From assembly GCA_964057225.1 (NCBI GenBank), contig OZ059897.1, forward strand, positions 16,616,001 to 16,680,000: 64,000 bases of DNA. The letters are read 5' to 3'. The DNA is from Auanema rhodensis. Its lineage: Eukaryota; Animalia; Nematoda. Below the pieces are notes generated by a model. That model did not search any database, was not told the DNA's origin, and was given only the letters and a program-made list of their open reading frames with translations. Within the stretch, counting starts at the first letter, position 1; each line of letters begins with the position of its first letter. Of the stretch, positions 1 to 10,660 are shown piece by piece. The position numbers were made by a program, and so were the translations under genes.

Positions 1-163
1 ATTGGCGCAGTTGGTTAGCGCGTGGTACTTATAAGTATAAGTGATGCCGAGGTCAGCAGTTCGATCCTGCTATGGAGCAAAGTTTTGGATCTGGCTGACG
101 CCTTATCTTTCTTGGTATCTATGAAAAACAGATTGTTCAGAATGTTTTTTGATTGTGTCTATA

Positions 164-247
164 GCTCCATTGGCGCAGTTGGTTAGCGCGTGGTACTTAT
201 AAGTATAAGTGATGCCGAGGTCAGCAGTTCGATCCTGCTATGGAGCA
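164..247 (+). tRNA. tRNA-Ile (anticodon TAT/UAU) with 10-nt intron AGTATAAGTG; first complete copy, representative of the array
   Basis: Cloverleaf: acceptor GCTCCAT/ATGGAGC + discriminator A; D arm GCGC-AGTTGGTTA-GCGC; anticodon stem TGGTA/TGCCG with loop CT-TAT-A[intron]A; T arm AGCAG-TTCGATC-CTGCT. A and B boxes are present and a T4 run follows. The intron lies at the canonical 37/38 position and contains TATAAG, complementary to the anticodon loop. Confidence 0.96.
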
Positions 248-3200
248 AAGTTTTGGCTCTGGCTGGCGCCTAATGTTTTCTTGGTATCTATGAAAAACAG
301 ATTGTTCAGAATGTTTTTTGATTGTGTCTATAGCTCCATTGGCGCAGTTGGTTAGCGCGTGGTACTTATAAGTATAAGTGATGCCGAGGTCAGCAGTTCG
401 ATCCTGCTATGGAGCAAAGTTTTGGCTCTGGCTGGCGCCTTATGTTTTTTTGGTATCTATGAAAAACAGATTGTTCAGAATGTTTTTTGATTGGGTCTAT
501 AGCTCCATTGGCGCAGTTGGTTAGCGCGTGGTACTTATAAGTATAAGTGATGCCGAGGTCAGCAGTTCGATCCTGCTATGGAGCAAAAATTTGGCTCTGG
601 CTGGCGCCTAATGTTTTCTTGGTATCTATGAAAAACAGATTGTTCAGAATGTTTTTTGATTGTGTCTATAGCTCCATTGGCGCAGTTGGTTAGCGCGTGG
701 TACTTATAAGTATAAGTGATGCCGAGGTCAGCAGTTCGATCCTGCTATGGAGCAAAAATTTGGCTCTGGCTGGCGCCTTATGTTTTTTTGGTATCTATGA
801 AAAACAGATTGTTCAGAATGTTTTTTGATTGGGTCTATAGCTCCATTGGCGCAGTTGGTTAGCGCGTGGTACTTATAAGTATAAGTGATGCCGAGGTCAG
901 CAGTTCGATCCTGCTATGGAGCAAAAATTTGGCTCTGGCTGGCGCCTAATGTTTTCTTGGTATCTATGAAAAACAGATTGTTCAGAATGTTTTTTGATTG
1001 TGTCTATAGCTCCATTGGCGCAGTTGGTTAGCGCGTGGTACTTATAAGTATAAGTGATGCCGAGGTCAGCAGTTCGATCCTGCTATGGAGCAAAGTTTTG
1101 GATCTGGCTGACGCCTTATCTTTCTTGGTATCTATGAAAAACAGATTGTTCAGAATGTTTTTTGATTGTGTCTATAGCTCCATTGGCGCAGTTGGTTAGC
1201 GCGTGGTACTTATAAGTATAAGTGATGCCGAGGTCAGCAGTTCGATCCTGCTATGGAGCAAAGTTTTGGCTCTGGCTGGCGCCTAATGTTTTCTTGGTAT
1301 CTATGAAAAACAGATTGTTCAGAATGTTTTTTGATTGTGTCTATAGCTCCATTGCCGCAGTTGGTTAGCGCGTGGTACTTATAAGTATAAGTGATGCCGA
1401 GGTCAGCAGTTCGATCCTGCTATGGAGCAAAGTTTTGGCTCTGGCTGGCGCCTTATGTTTTTTTGGTATCTATGAAAAACAGATTGTTCAGAATGTTTTT
1501 TGATTGGGTCTATAGCTCCATTGGCGCAGTTGGTTAGCGCGTGGTACTTATAAGTATAAGTTATGCCGAGGTCAGCAGTTCGATCCTGCTATGGAGCAAA
1601 AATTTGGCTCTGGCTGGCGCCTAATGTTTTCTTGGTATCTATGAAAAACAGATTGTTCAGAATGTTTTTTGATTGTGTCTATAGCTCCATTGGCGCAGTT
1701 GGTTAGCGCGTGGTACTTATAAGTATAAGTGATGCCGAGGTCAGCAGTTCGATCCTGCTATGGAGCAAAGTTTTGGCTCTGGCTGGCGCCTAATGTTTTC
1801 TTGGTATCTATGAAAAACAGATTGTTCAGAATGTTTTTTGATTGTGTCTATAGCTCCATTGGCGCAGTTGGTTAGCGCGTGGTACTTATAAGTATAAGTG
1901 ATGCCGAGGTCAGCAGTTCGATCCTGCTATGGAGCAAAGTTTTGGCTCTGGCTGGCGCCTAATGTTTTCTTGGTATCTATGAAAAAACAGATTGTTCAGA
2001 ATGTTTTTTGATTGTGTCTATAGCTCCATTGGCGCAGTTGGTTAGCGCGTGGTACTTATAAGTATAAGTGATGCCGAGGTCAGCAGTTCGATCCTGCTAT
2101 GGAGCAAAGTTTTGGCTCTGGCTGGCGCCTAATGTTTTCTTGGTATCTATGAAAAAACAGATTGTTCAGAATGTTTTTCGATGGTGTCTATAGCTCCATT
2201 GGCGCAGTTGGTTAGCGCGTGGTACTTATAAGTATAAGTGATGCCGAGGTCAGCAGTTCGATCCTGCTATGGAGCAAAGTTTTGGCTCTGGCTGGCGCCT
2301 AATGTTTTCTTGGTATCTATGAAAAACAGATTGTTCAGAATGTTTTTTGATTGTGTCTATAGCTCCATTGGCGCAGTTGGTTAGCGCGTGGTACTTATAA
2401 GTATAAGTGATGCCGAGGTCAGCAGTTCGATCCTGCTATGGAGCAAAGTTTTGGCTCTGGCTGACGCCTAATGTTTTCTTGGTATCTATGAAAAACAGAT
2501 TGTTCAGAATGTTTTTTGATTGTGTCTATAGCTCCATTGCCGCAGTTGGTTAGCGCGTGGTACTTATAAGTATAAGTGATGCCGAGGTCAGCAGTTCGAT
2601 CCTGCTATGGAGCAAAGTTTTGGCTCTGGCTGGCGCCTTATGTTTTTTTGGTATCTATGAAAAACAGATTGTTCAGAATGTTTTTTGATTGGGTCTATAG
2701 CTCCATTGGCGCAGTTGGTTAGCGCGTGGTACTTATAAGTATAAGTTATGCCGAGGTCAGCAGTTCGATCCTGCTATGGAGCAAAAATTTGGCTCTGGCT
2801 GGCGCCTAATGTTTTCTTGGTATCTATGAAAAACAGATTGTTCAGAATGTTTTTTGATTGTGTCTATAGCTCCATTGGCGCAGTTGGTTAGCGCGTGGTA
2901 CTTATAAGTATAAGTGATGCCGACGTCAGCAGTTCGATCCTGCTATGGAGCAAAGTTTTGGCTCTGGCTGGCGCCTAATGTTTTCTTGGTATCTATGAAA
3001 AACAGATTGTTCAGAATGTTTTTTGATTGTGTCTATAGCTCCATTGGCGCAGTTGGTTAGCGCGTGGTACTTATAAGTATAAGTGATGCCGAGGTCAGCA
3101 GTTCGATCCTGCTATGGAGCAAAGTTTTGGCTCTGGCTGGCGCCTAATGTTTTCTTGGTATCTATGAAAAACAGATTGTTCAGAATGTTTTTTGATTGTG

Positions 3201-6200
3201 TCTATAGCTCCATTGGCGCAGTTGGTTAGCGCGTGGTACTTATAAGTATAAGTGATGCCGAGGTCAGCAGTTCGATCCTGCTATGGAGCAAAGTTTTGGC
3301 TCTGGCTGGCGCCTAATGTTTTCTTGGTATCTATGAAAAAACAGATTGTTCAGAATGTTTTTTGATTGTGTCTATAGCTCCATTGGCGCAGTTGGTTAGC
3401 GCGTGGTACTTATAAGTATAAGTGATGCCGAGGTCAGCAGTTCGATCCTGCTATGGAGCAAAGTTTTGGCTCTGGCTGGCGCCTAATGTTTTCTTGGTAT
3501 CTATGAAAAAACAGATTGTTCAGAATGTTTTTCGATGGTGTCTATAGCTCCATTGGCGCAGTTGGTTAGCGCGTGGTACTTATAAGTATAAGTGATGCCG
3601 AGGTCAGCAGTTCGATCCTGCTATGGAGCAAAGTTTTGGATCTGGCTGACGCCTTATCTTTCTTGGTATCTATGAAAAACAGATTGTTCAGAATGTTTTT
3701 TGATTGTGTCTATAGCTCCATTGGCGCAGTTGGTTAGCGCGTGGTACTTATAAGTATAAGTGATGCCGAGGTCAGCAGTTCGATCCTGCTATGGAGCAAA
3801 GTTTTGGCTCTGGCTGGCGCCTAATGTTTTCTTGGTATCTATGAAAAACAGATTGTTCAGAATGTTTTTTGATTGTGTCTATAGCTCCATTGGCGCAGTT
3901 GGTTAGCGCGTGGTACTTATAAGTATAAGTGATGCCGAGGTCAGCAGTTCGATCCTGCTATGGAGCAAAGTTTTGGCTCTGGCTGGCGCCTTATGTTTTG
4001 TTGGTATCTATGAAAAACAGATTGTTCAGAATGTTTTTTGATTGGGTCTATAGCTCCATTGGCGCAGTTGGTTAGCGCGTGGTACTTATAAGTATAAGTT
4101 ATGCCGAGGTCAGCAGTTCGATCCTGCTATGGAGCAAAAATTTGGCTCTGGCTGGCGCCTAATGTTTTCTTGGTATCTATGAAAAACAGATTGTTCAGAA
4201 TGTTTTTTGATTGTGTCTATAGCTCCATTGGCGCAGTTGGTTAGCGCGTGGTACTTATAAGTATAAGTGATGCCGAGGTCAGCAGTTCGATCCTGCTATG
4301 GAGCAAAGTTTTGGCTCTGGCTGGCGCCTAATGTTTTCTTGGTATCTATGAAAAAACAGATTGTTCAGAATGTTTTTCGATGGTGTCTATAGCTCCATTG
4401 GCGCAGTTGGTTAGCGCGTGGTACTTATAAGTATAAGTGATGCCGAGGTCAGCAGTTCGATCCTGCTATGGAGCAAAGTTTTGGATCTGGCTGACGCCTT
4501 ATCTTTCTTGGTATCTATGAAAAACAGATTGTTCAGAATGTTTTTTGATTGTGTCTATAGCTCCATTGGCGCAGTTGGTTTGCGCGTGGTACTTATAAGT
4601 ATAAGTGATGCCGAGGTCAGCAGTTCGATCCTGCTATGGAGCAAAGTTTTGGCTCTGGCTGGCGCCTAATGTTTTCTTGGTATCTATGAAAAACAGATTG
4701 TTCAGAATGTTTTTTGATTGTGTCTATAGCTCCATTGGCGCAGTTGGTTAGCGCGTGGTACTTATAAGTATAAGTGATGCCGAGGTCAGCAGTTCGATCC
4801 TGCTATGGAGCAAAGTTTTGGCTCTGGCTGGCGCCTAATGTTTTCTTGGTATCTATGAAAAACAGATTGTTCAGAATGTTTTTTGATTGTGTCTATAGCT
4901 CCATTGGCGCAGTTGGTTAGCGCGTGGTACTTATAAGTATAAGTGATGCCGAGGTCAGCAGTTCGATCCTGCTATGGAGCAAAGTTTTGGCTCTGGCTGG
5001 CGCCTAATGTTTTCTTGGTATCTATGAAAAACAGATTGTTCAGAATGTTTTTTGATTGTGTCTATAGCTCCATTGGCGCAGTTGGTTAGCGCGTGGTACT
5101 TATAAGTATAAGTGATGCCGAGGTCAGCAGTTCGATCCTGCTATGGAGCAAAGTTTTGGCTCTGGCTGGCGCCTAATGTTTTCTTGGTATCTATGAAAAA
5201 CAGATTGTTCAGAATGTTTTTTGATTGTGTCTATAGCTCCATTGGCGCAGTTGGTTAGCGCGTGGTACTTATAAGTATAAGTGATGCCGAGGTCAGCAGT
5301 TCGATCCTGCTATGGAGCAAAGTTTTGGCTCTGGCTGGCGCCTAATGTTTTCTTGGTATCTATGAAAAACAGATTGTTCAGAATGTTTTTTGATTGTGTC
5401 TATAGCTCCATTGGCGCAGTTGGTTAGCGCGTGGTACTTATAAGTATAAGTGATGCCGAGGTCAGCAGTTCGATCCTGCTATGGAGCAAAGTTTTGGCTC
5501 TGGCTGGCGCCTAATGTTTTCTTGGTATCTATGAAAAACAGATTGTTCAGAATGTTTTTTGATTGTGTCTATAGCTCCATTGGCGCAGTTGGTTAGCGCG
5601 TGGTACTTATAAGTATAAGTGATGCCGAGGTCAGCAGTTCGATCCTGCTATGGAGCAAAGTTTTGGCTCTGGCTGGCGCCTAATGTTTTCTTGGTATCTA
5701 TGAAAAACAGATTGTTCAGAATGTTTTTTGATTGTGTCTATAGCTCCATTGGCGCAGTTGGTTAGCGCGTGGTACTTATAAGTATAAGTGATGCCGAGGT
5801 CAGCAGTTCGATCCTGCTATGGAGCAAAGTTTTGGCTCTGGCTGGCGCCTAATGTTTTCTTGGTATCTATGAAAAACAGATTGTTCAGAATGTTTTTTGA
5901 TTGTGTCTATAGCTCCATTGGCGCAATTGGTTAGCGCGTGGTACTTATAAGTATAAGTGATGCCGAGGTCAGCAGTTCGATCCTGCTATGGAGCAAAGTT
6001 TTGGATCTGGCTGACGCCTAATGTTTTCTTGGTATCTATGAAAAAACAGATTGTTCAGAATGTTTTTTGATTGGGTCTTTAGCTCCATTGGCGCAGTTGG
6101 TTAGCGCGTGGTACTTATAAGTATAAGTGATGCCGAGGTCAGCAGTTCGATCCTGCTATGGAGCAAAGTTTTGGCTCTGGCTGGCGCCTAATGTTTTCTT

Positions 6201-6335
6201 GGTATCTATGAAAAAACATATTGTTCAGAATGTTTTTTGATTGGGTCTATAGCTCCATTGGCGCAGTTGGTTAGCGCGTGGTACTTATAAGTATAAGTGA
6301 TGCCGAGGTCAGCAGTTCGATCCTGCTATGGAGCA
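164..6335 (+). tRNA. 37 consecutive full-length intron-containing tRNA-Ile(UAU) genes (left block)
   Basis: (6422-164)/~169 = 37 units. The tRNA body is essentially invariant; point variants at 1355, 2540, 2924, 4581, 5926 and intron variants at 1562, 2747, 4100. Confidence 0.93.
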
Positions 6336-6421
6336 AAGTTTTGGCTCTGGCTGGCGCCTAATATTTTCTTGGTATCTATGAAAAAACAGATTGTTCAGAA
6401 TGTTTTTTGATTGGGTCTATA

Positions 6422-6469
6422 GCTCCATTGGCGCAGTTGGTTTGCGCGTGGTACTTATAAGTATAAGTG
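6422..6469 (+). pseudogene. 5' exon + complete intron of the interrupted tRNA-Ile(UAU) copy
   Basis: GCTCCATTGG...TATAAGTG followed directly by the element TIR at 6470. Carries a D-loop A>T variant at 6443. Confidence 0.93.
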
Positions 6470-6512
6470 CGTTACATATCGTTTCTTCCCGTCTTTTCAT
6501 GGTCGGAAGATA
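6470..6512 (+). repeat. Left 43-bp terminal inverted repeat CGTTACATATCGTTTCTTCCCGTCTTTTCATGGTCGGAAGATA
   Basis: Exact reverse complement of 10999-11041; the next base inward mismatches. Confidence 0.97.
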
Positions 6513-6527
6513 AAGAAAAATGGACAC

Positions 6528-9500
6528 ATGTTACCGTTTGTTCATATTGACATTGAAGGTAGAGGACTGTTAGCATTATGGGATTCTGGAGCTACGGTCT
6601 CATATATTCCGTTCTCCACATTGGCATATATTGGAAGACAATATTTTACAAAATATTCTAAATCTGCATCCACTGCAAATGGATCAGAGTTTCGCTTTGT
6701 GGGAAAATGCAAGTTAGATGTGGGTATAGCAGGTTACCAAGTGGAACACGAATTTTTAATATCTGAAGACAATGACTGTCCAGGACAAATGTTACTTGGT
6801 ACTGATTTTATGCGTACGTTGGAAGAAAGAGAGATATTTACTACATTAAAACTATGTAAAGGAAAGTTGATTGTTGGTAATATGGAAACACCCTTAGTAA
6901 AACCTGGTTGTTTTGCATATAAAACCACAACTAAAACAGTAAATATCATAAGTTTGTCCACAGTAACAGTTCCACCACATAGTACCTCCCACATATCTTT
7001 GCAAACAGGACCAGAATTAGATTTTGATCAATATGCTCTTTTAAAACCTAGCATAGGTCCTATCTCAATTCCAGATGCCGCCATAGGACCTTTTCCTATT
7101 ACTATGGTAGTATCAAACAATTCTTCAAAGCCAATTAAAATTAATAAAAATGACCACATTGGTTCAGGACTTATAGCATCTAAAGAAATTATGAACGATT
7201 ATGTTCCACCTGAAGCTGATTGGGAAGATAAGTTACCAACTTTTCCTCAGCATCTTTTGGATGATTTGAACTTCAATTCTTGCACTCTGTCCCATAAACT
7301 GAAGAAAAATCTGATTACAATCATTAAGGAAAACCAAACGGCATTTTTCAACCATGATCATAATATTGGTCTCTTTTGCGGACCAGTTGAACATGCCATT
7401 CCTATAAGATCCGATATGGATTTCCCAAAAAGTAGATCTTACAGAGTACCATTGGGTAAGCAAGAAGAAGTAGAACGGCAAGTGAAAGAAATGTTGTCGC
7501 AAGGTATAATCGAAAATTCGACGGCTACTTTCACTAGTCCAGTTGTTCTTGTGAAAAAGAAAGATAATTCTTTCCGGTTCGTAACTGACTTTAGAGCATT
7601 GAATAGTGTTACTAAGAAACAAACATACAGCATCCCACACATTCCTGATATCATAGACTTAGCGGCTGAAGCTCAGTTCTTTTCGAATTTTGATCTCATT
7701 TCTGGTTTCTTCCAAATACCGTTGAAACGCTCAGATAGACACCTAACTGCTTTTACCACTCCATCAGGTACCTATCAGTATTGCCGAATGCCTATGGGAT
7801 TGTGTGGAGCGCCACACACTTTTCAATCCGCAGTGCGATACTTGCAATCTCTTGTTAGATGCAAACTGTTTGTATATCTAGATGATTTGCTAATAATTTC
7901 GAACTCAGCTGATGAACATTTAAGAGATATACAAGAAGTGCTGAAAAAGGTCACTGAACTAGGGTTAAAAATTAAGTTATCTAAATGTTGCTTTGCAGCC
8001 ACTGAAGTAAAGTTTTTGGGTTTTGTAATAGGTAGAAATGGTGTTAAACCAGATCCTGCTAAGATACAGGCTGTTTCCGAATTTCCAAATCCAAGTACAG
8101 TTACGGCTGTCAGATCCTTTCTAGGTATGACTAACTATTTTCGACGGTTTATTCAAAATTATGCCGGAATAGCTGAGCCATTGTATAAGTTAACACATAA
8201 GGATACTCCTTTTGAGTGGAAATCGGAACATGCAGACGCATTTAAAACTTTAAAAACATTACTGTGTACTGCCCCTGTACTGAAACCTCCTAAAGCAGAC
8301 CAACCTTTTGTTATAGAAAGTGATGGCAGTATGATCGCTGTGGGAACAGTTTTATTGCAATCAGCAGAGAAAAATTCTCCATTACACCCGATTGCGTTTG
8401 CTAGTAGAAAGTTGACTCCAGCGGAACGGAAATATCCTCCTATTGAAGTTGAAGCACTCGGTTTAGTCTTTGCTCTTCAACAATTCCGTACCTATGTATT
8501 AGGAGTACCTACCACAGTTATCACAGATCACCGACCATTAACCAGTTTAATGTCGCGTAAAGATCTGATAGGTAGATTAGCCAAGTATCAACTAATGATA
8601 CAAGATTTCAACATAAAGATTGAATATCGTCCTGGCAAATTAAACAGTGTCTGTGATGCTCTCTCCAGGTATATAGGAAACGAAGCAAATGACAGTCGTC
8701 CTACTAAACCAAAGGACAAAGTAAAACCTGTTGATGCTTTTATTGCTCATATTACAACTATTTCTTCTATTGACCAACTAAATTGTGAAGAAATACGGAA
8801 AGTTCAAGCTGGAGTTCCCTGGATTCGCGAAGCACTTTCTCAAATTAATAATGATAACTGTCCGGCTAATATATCAGACCGGTATGAAGAACGAGAAGGC
8901 ATATTACATGCAAAACAAGCGAAAAATTATTTAAAACCATCTATTATTTTGCCTCGAAACGACAAAATAACTGATGTTGTCATCAAATTTTTTCACGAAG
9001 ATTCCAAAATTGGTGCACACCTAGGTATAAATAAAACTACTGATGCGATTCGACGACGATTCTTTTGGACTAATATGGTTCCACAAATAACTGAATTTAT
9101 TAATCGTTGTACAAAATGTGCAAGTAGGAAATCTAACCCACACCAATCGTATATTCAACCTATGGGAAGATTTGTTATACCCGAAAAGCCATTTGATCGT
9201 ATTCATGTAGATATACTAGGTCCTTTACCTCGCACTAATGATGGACATCGATACATCTTGAGTATTCAAGATGCTTTTAGTAAATGGGGAACAACTTGCC
9301 CATTAATAACACAAACGGCTACTGAAATCACAAAAGCGTTTGTAATTAGATTTGTTTTCATATATGGACCACCAATGAGTATGATAACCGATAATGGTAG
9401 TAGCTTTTTGTCATCTGAATTTCAAGCTATGTGTAAACAATTTGGAATTAAACACACTACTACGCTACCATATCATAAAAATGCTAATGGACAAGTTGAG

Positions 9501-10061
9501 AGACTTCATAGAACTTTGGAAGAAGCTCTCTCTTCATTCGTGAATGAACAACAAACTAACTGGGATATACACCTACCCAAAGTTATGTTTGCGATCAATA
9601 CGTTACCAAACTCATCAACATCTATTAGTCCATATGTTGTATTATTTGGTCGGGATGCAAGACTTCCTATTGACCATCAATTGCCTGGAAACAATCTTCA
9701 AACTGAAGAACCAGCCAATCCTACAGAAGATTTTGTCAATAGATCGCTAAAACAAAATGAAAGCACATCTAATATAGTGAAAGATAGAATTGAAACATGC
9801 ACAAAGAAGAATGAACAACGGTACAATACACGAAATAGAACACAAAATAAAGAAATTCAGGTTAATGACTTAGTTATGATAAAAGTGAATTCTACTCGAA
9901 ACAAACTAACACCTTCATTCGAAGGGCCTTATTTAGTTACAGCAGTTCAAAGATCTTTCGTCGTGGTTCAAACAGATAAAGGAAAAAGCAGAAGAGTACA
10001 CAAGGACTTCGTCAAACCTTACCAACGGACAACATCTATTCCGGTTATCACAATTTCTTGA
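6528..10061 (+). CDS. pol: Ty3/Gypsy Pol polyprotein: aspartic protease, dUTPase-like linker, reverse transcriptase, RNase H, DDE integrase with GPY/F module (1177 aa)
   Basis: Protease LWDSGA and MLLGTDF; RT SPVVLVKKKD, FRFVTDFRALN, FDLISGFFQI, MPMGL, YLDD; RNase H ESDGS, EVEAL, TDHRPL, CDALSR; integrase HHCC (H..H..CTKC), HVDILGP, TDNGSSF, NGQVER, FEGPY. PR-RT-RH-INT is the Gypsy domain order. No stops or frameshifts. Confidence 0.97.
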   Translation: MLPFVHIDIEGRGLLALWDSGATVSYIPFSTLAYIGRQYFTKYSKSASTANGSEFRFVGKCKLDVGIAGYQVEHEFLISEDNDCPGQMLLGTDFMRTLEEREIFTTLKLCKGKLIVGNMETPLVKPGCFAYKTTTKTVNIISLSTVTVPPHSTSHISLQTGPELDFDQYALLKPSIGPISIPDAAIGPFPITMVVSNNSSKPIKINKNDHIGSGLIASKEIMNDYVPPEADWEDKLPTFPQHLLDDLNFNSCTLSHKLKKNLITIIKENQTAFFNHDHNIGLFCGPVEHAIPIRSDMDFPKSRSYRVPLGKQEEVERQVKEMLSQGIIENSTATFTSPVVLVKKKDNSFRFVTDFRALNSVTKKQTYSIPHIPDIIDLAAEAQFFSNFDLISGFFQIPLKRSDRHLTAFTTPSGTYQYCRMPMGLCGAPHTFQSAVRYLQSLVRCKLFVYLDDLLIISNSADEHLRDIQEVLKKVTELGLKIKLSKCCFAATEVKFLGFVIGRNGVKPDPAKIQAVSEFPNPSTVTAVRSFLGMTNYFRRFIQNYAGIAEPLYKLTHKDTPFEWKSEHADAFKTLKTLLCTAPVLKPPKADQPFVIESDGSMIAVGTVLLQSAEKNSPLHPIAFASRKLTPAERKYPPIEVEALGLVFALQQFRTYVLGVPTTVITDHRPLTSLMSRKDLIGRLAKYQLMIQDFNIKIEYRPGKLNSVCDALSRYIGNEANDSRPTKPKDKVKPVDAFIAHITTISSIDQLNCEEIRKVQAGVPWIREALSQINNDNCPANISDRYEEREGILHAKQAKNYLKPSIILPRNDKITDVVIKFFHEDSKIGAHLGINKTTDAIRRRFFWTNMVPQITEFINRCTKCASRKSNPHQSYIQPMGRFVIPEKPFDRIHVDILGPLPRTNDGHRYILSIQDAFSKWGTTCPLITQTATEITKAFVIRFVFIYGPPMSMITDNGSSFLSSEFQAMCKQFGIKHTTTLPYHKNANGQVERLHRTLEEALSSFVNEQQTNWDIHLPKVMFAINTLPNSSTSISPYVVLFGRDARLPIDHQLPGNNLQTEEPANPTEDFVNRSLKQNESTSNIVKDRIETCTKKNEQRYNTRNRTQNKEIQVNDLVMIKVNSTRNKLTPSFEGPYLVTAVQRSFVVVQTDKGKSRRVHKDFVKPYQRTTSIPVITIS

Positions 10062-10648
10062 AGGTAGTTTTTTTAACAAAATCAAACTGTTGAATTTTTT
10101 ATTTTATTTTGTGCCATTTCTGATTGTAACACTTCTTTGTTGTTGATTGATTTTCTCTGAGAAGTCTGCTATTGTTTTACAAGGTTTTGTTTTATTACTC
10201 CAACTCTCATCGAGTAGATTTTTTTTTCAACATTCTCTTGTGAATCTTGCTATTTTTTTATGCTTAATCATTACTTGTATTCACCTTATGGACATTAGTC
10301 ATACGGGTTAAACGAGTTTTCATTTTTTTGTACAGAACGGGCTCGACCTATTCTCAGGGTAACACCGTACCTGTACAACTCAAGAAAATGAACGACTATA
10401 TCACAGTCGAATGGTTTAGAAGCAAAGCTCTCGTTTGCAAGCATTTCACTACTCAAGTGAATGAAATAGAATCTACTCGATACTACATTTCGAATTCAAC
10501 AAACTTGAAGAGACAATAGCTAAACTTTCAAATCGTATTGTATACATTTTTTTTTATCCACTACACCATGATTTTTTTTTCCAACATCCAACTATCTTAA
10601 AAAGTGAATTAATTTATTTTGTTTTTGAACGAGGACGTTCAACTTTTT

Positions 10649-10660
10649 AAGGTGGGCGGA
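10649..10660 (+). promoter_or_regulatory. Polypurine tract (plus-strand primer site) AAGGTGGGCGGA
   Basis: Preceded by CGAGGACG and a T5 tract and followed immediately by TGTCACA, the usual arrangement at the start of a Gypsy 3' LTR. Confidence 0.75.

Noticed and set aside
4418-4669. 83-aa ORF in the array
   Set aside because: Chance read-through of two tRNA units, opened by a 168-bp spacer and the A>T variant at 4581.
6734-9750. Short antisense or alternate-frame ORFs inside pol
   Set aside because: Shadows of the long pol ORF with no motifs.
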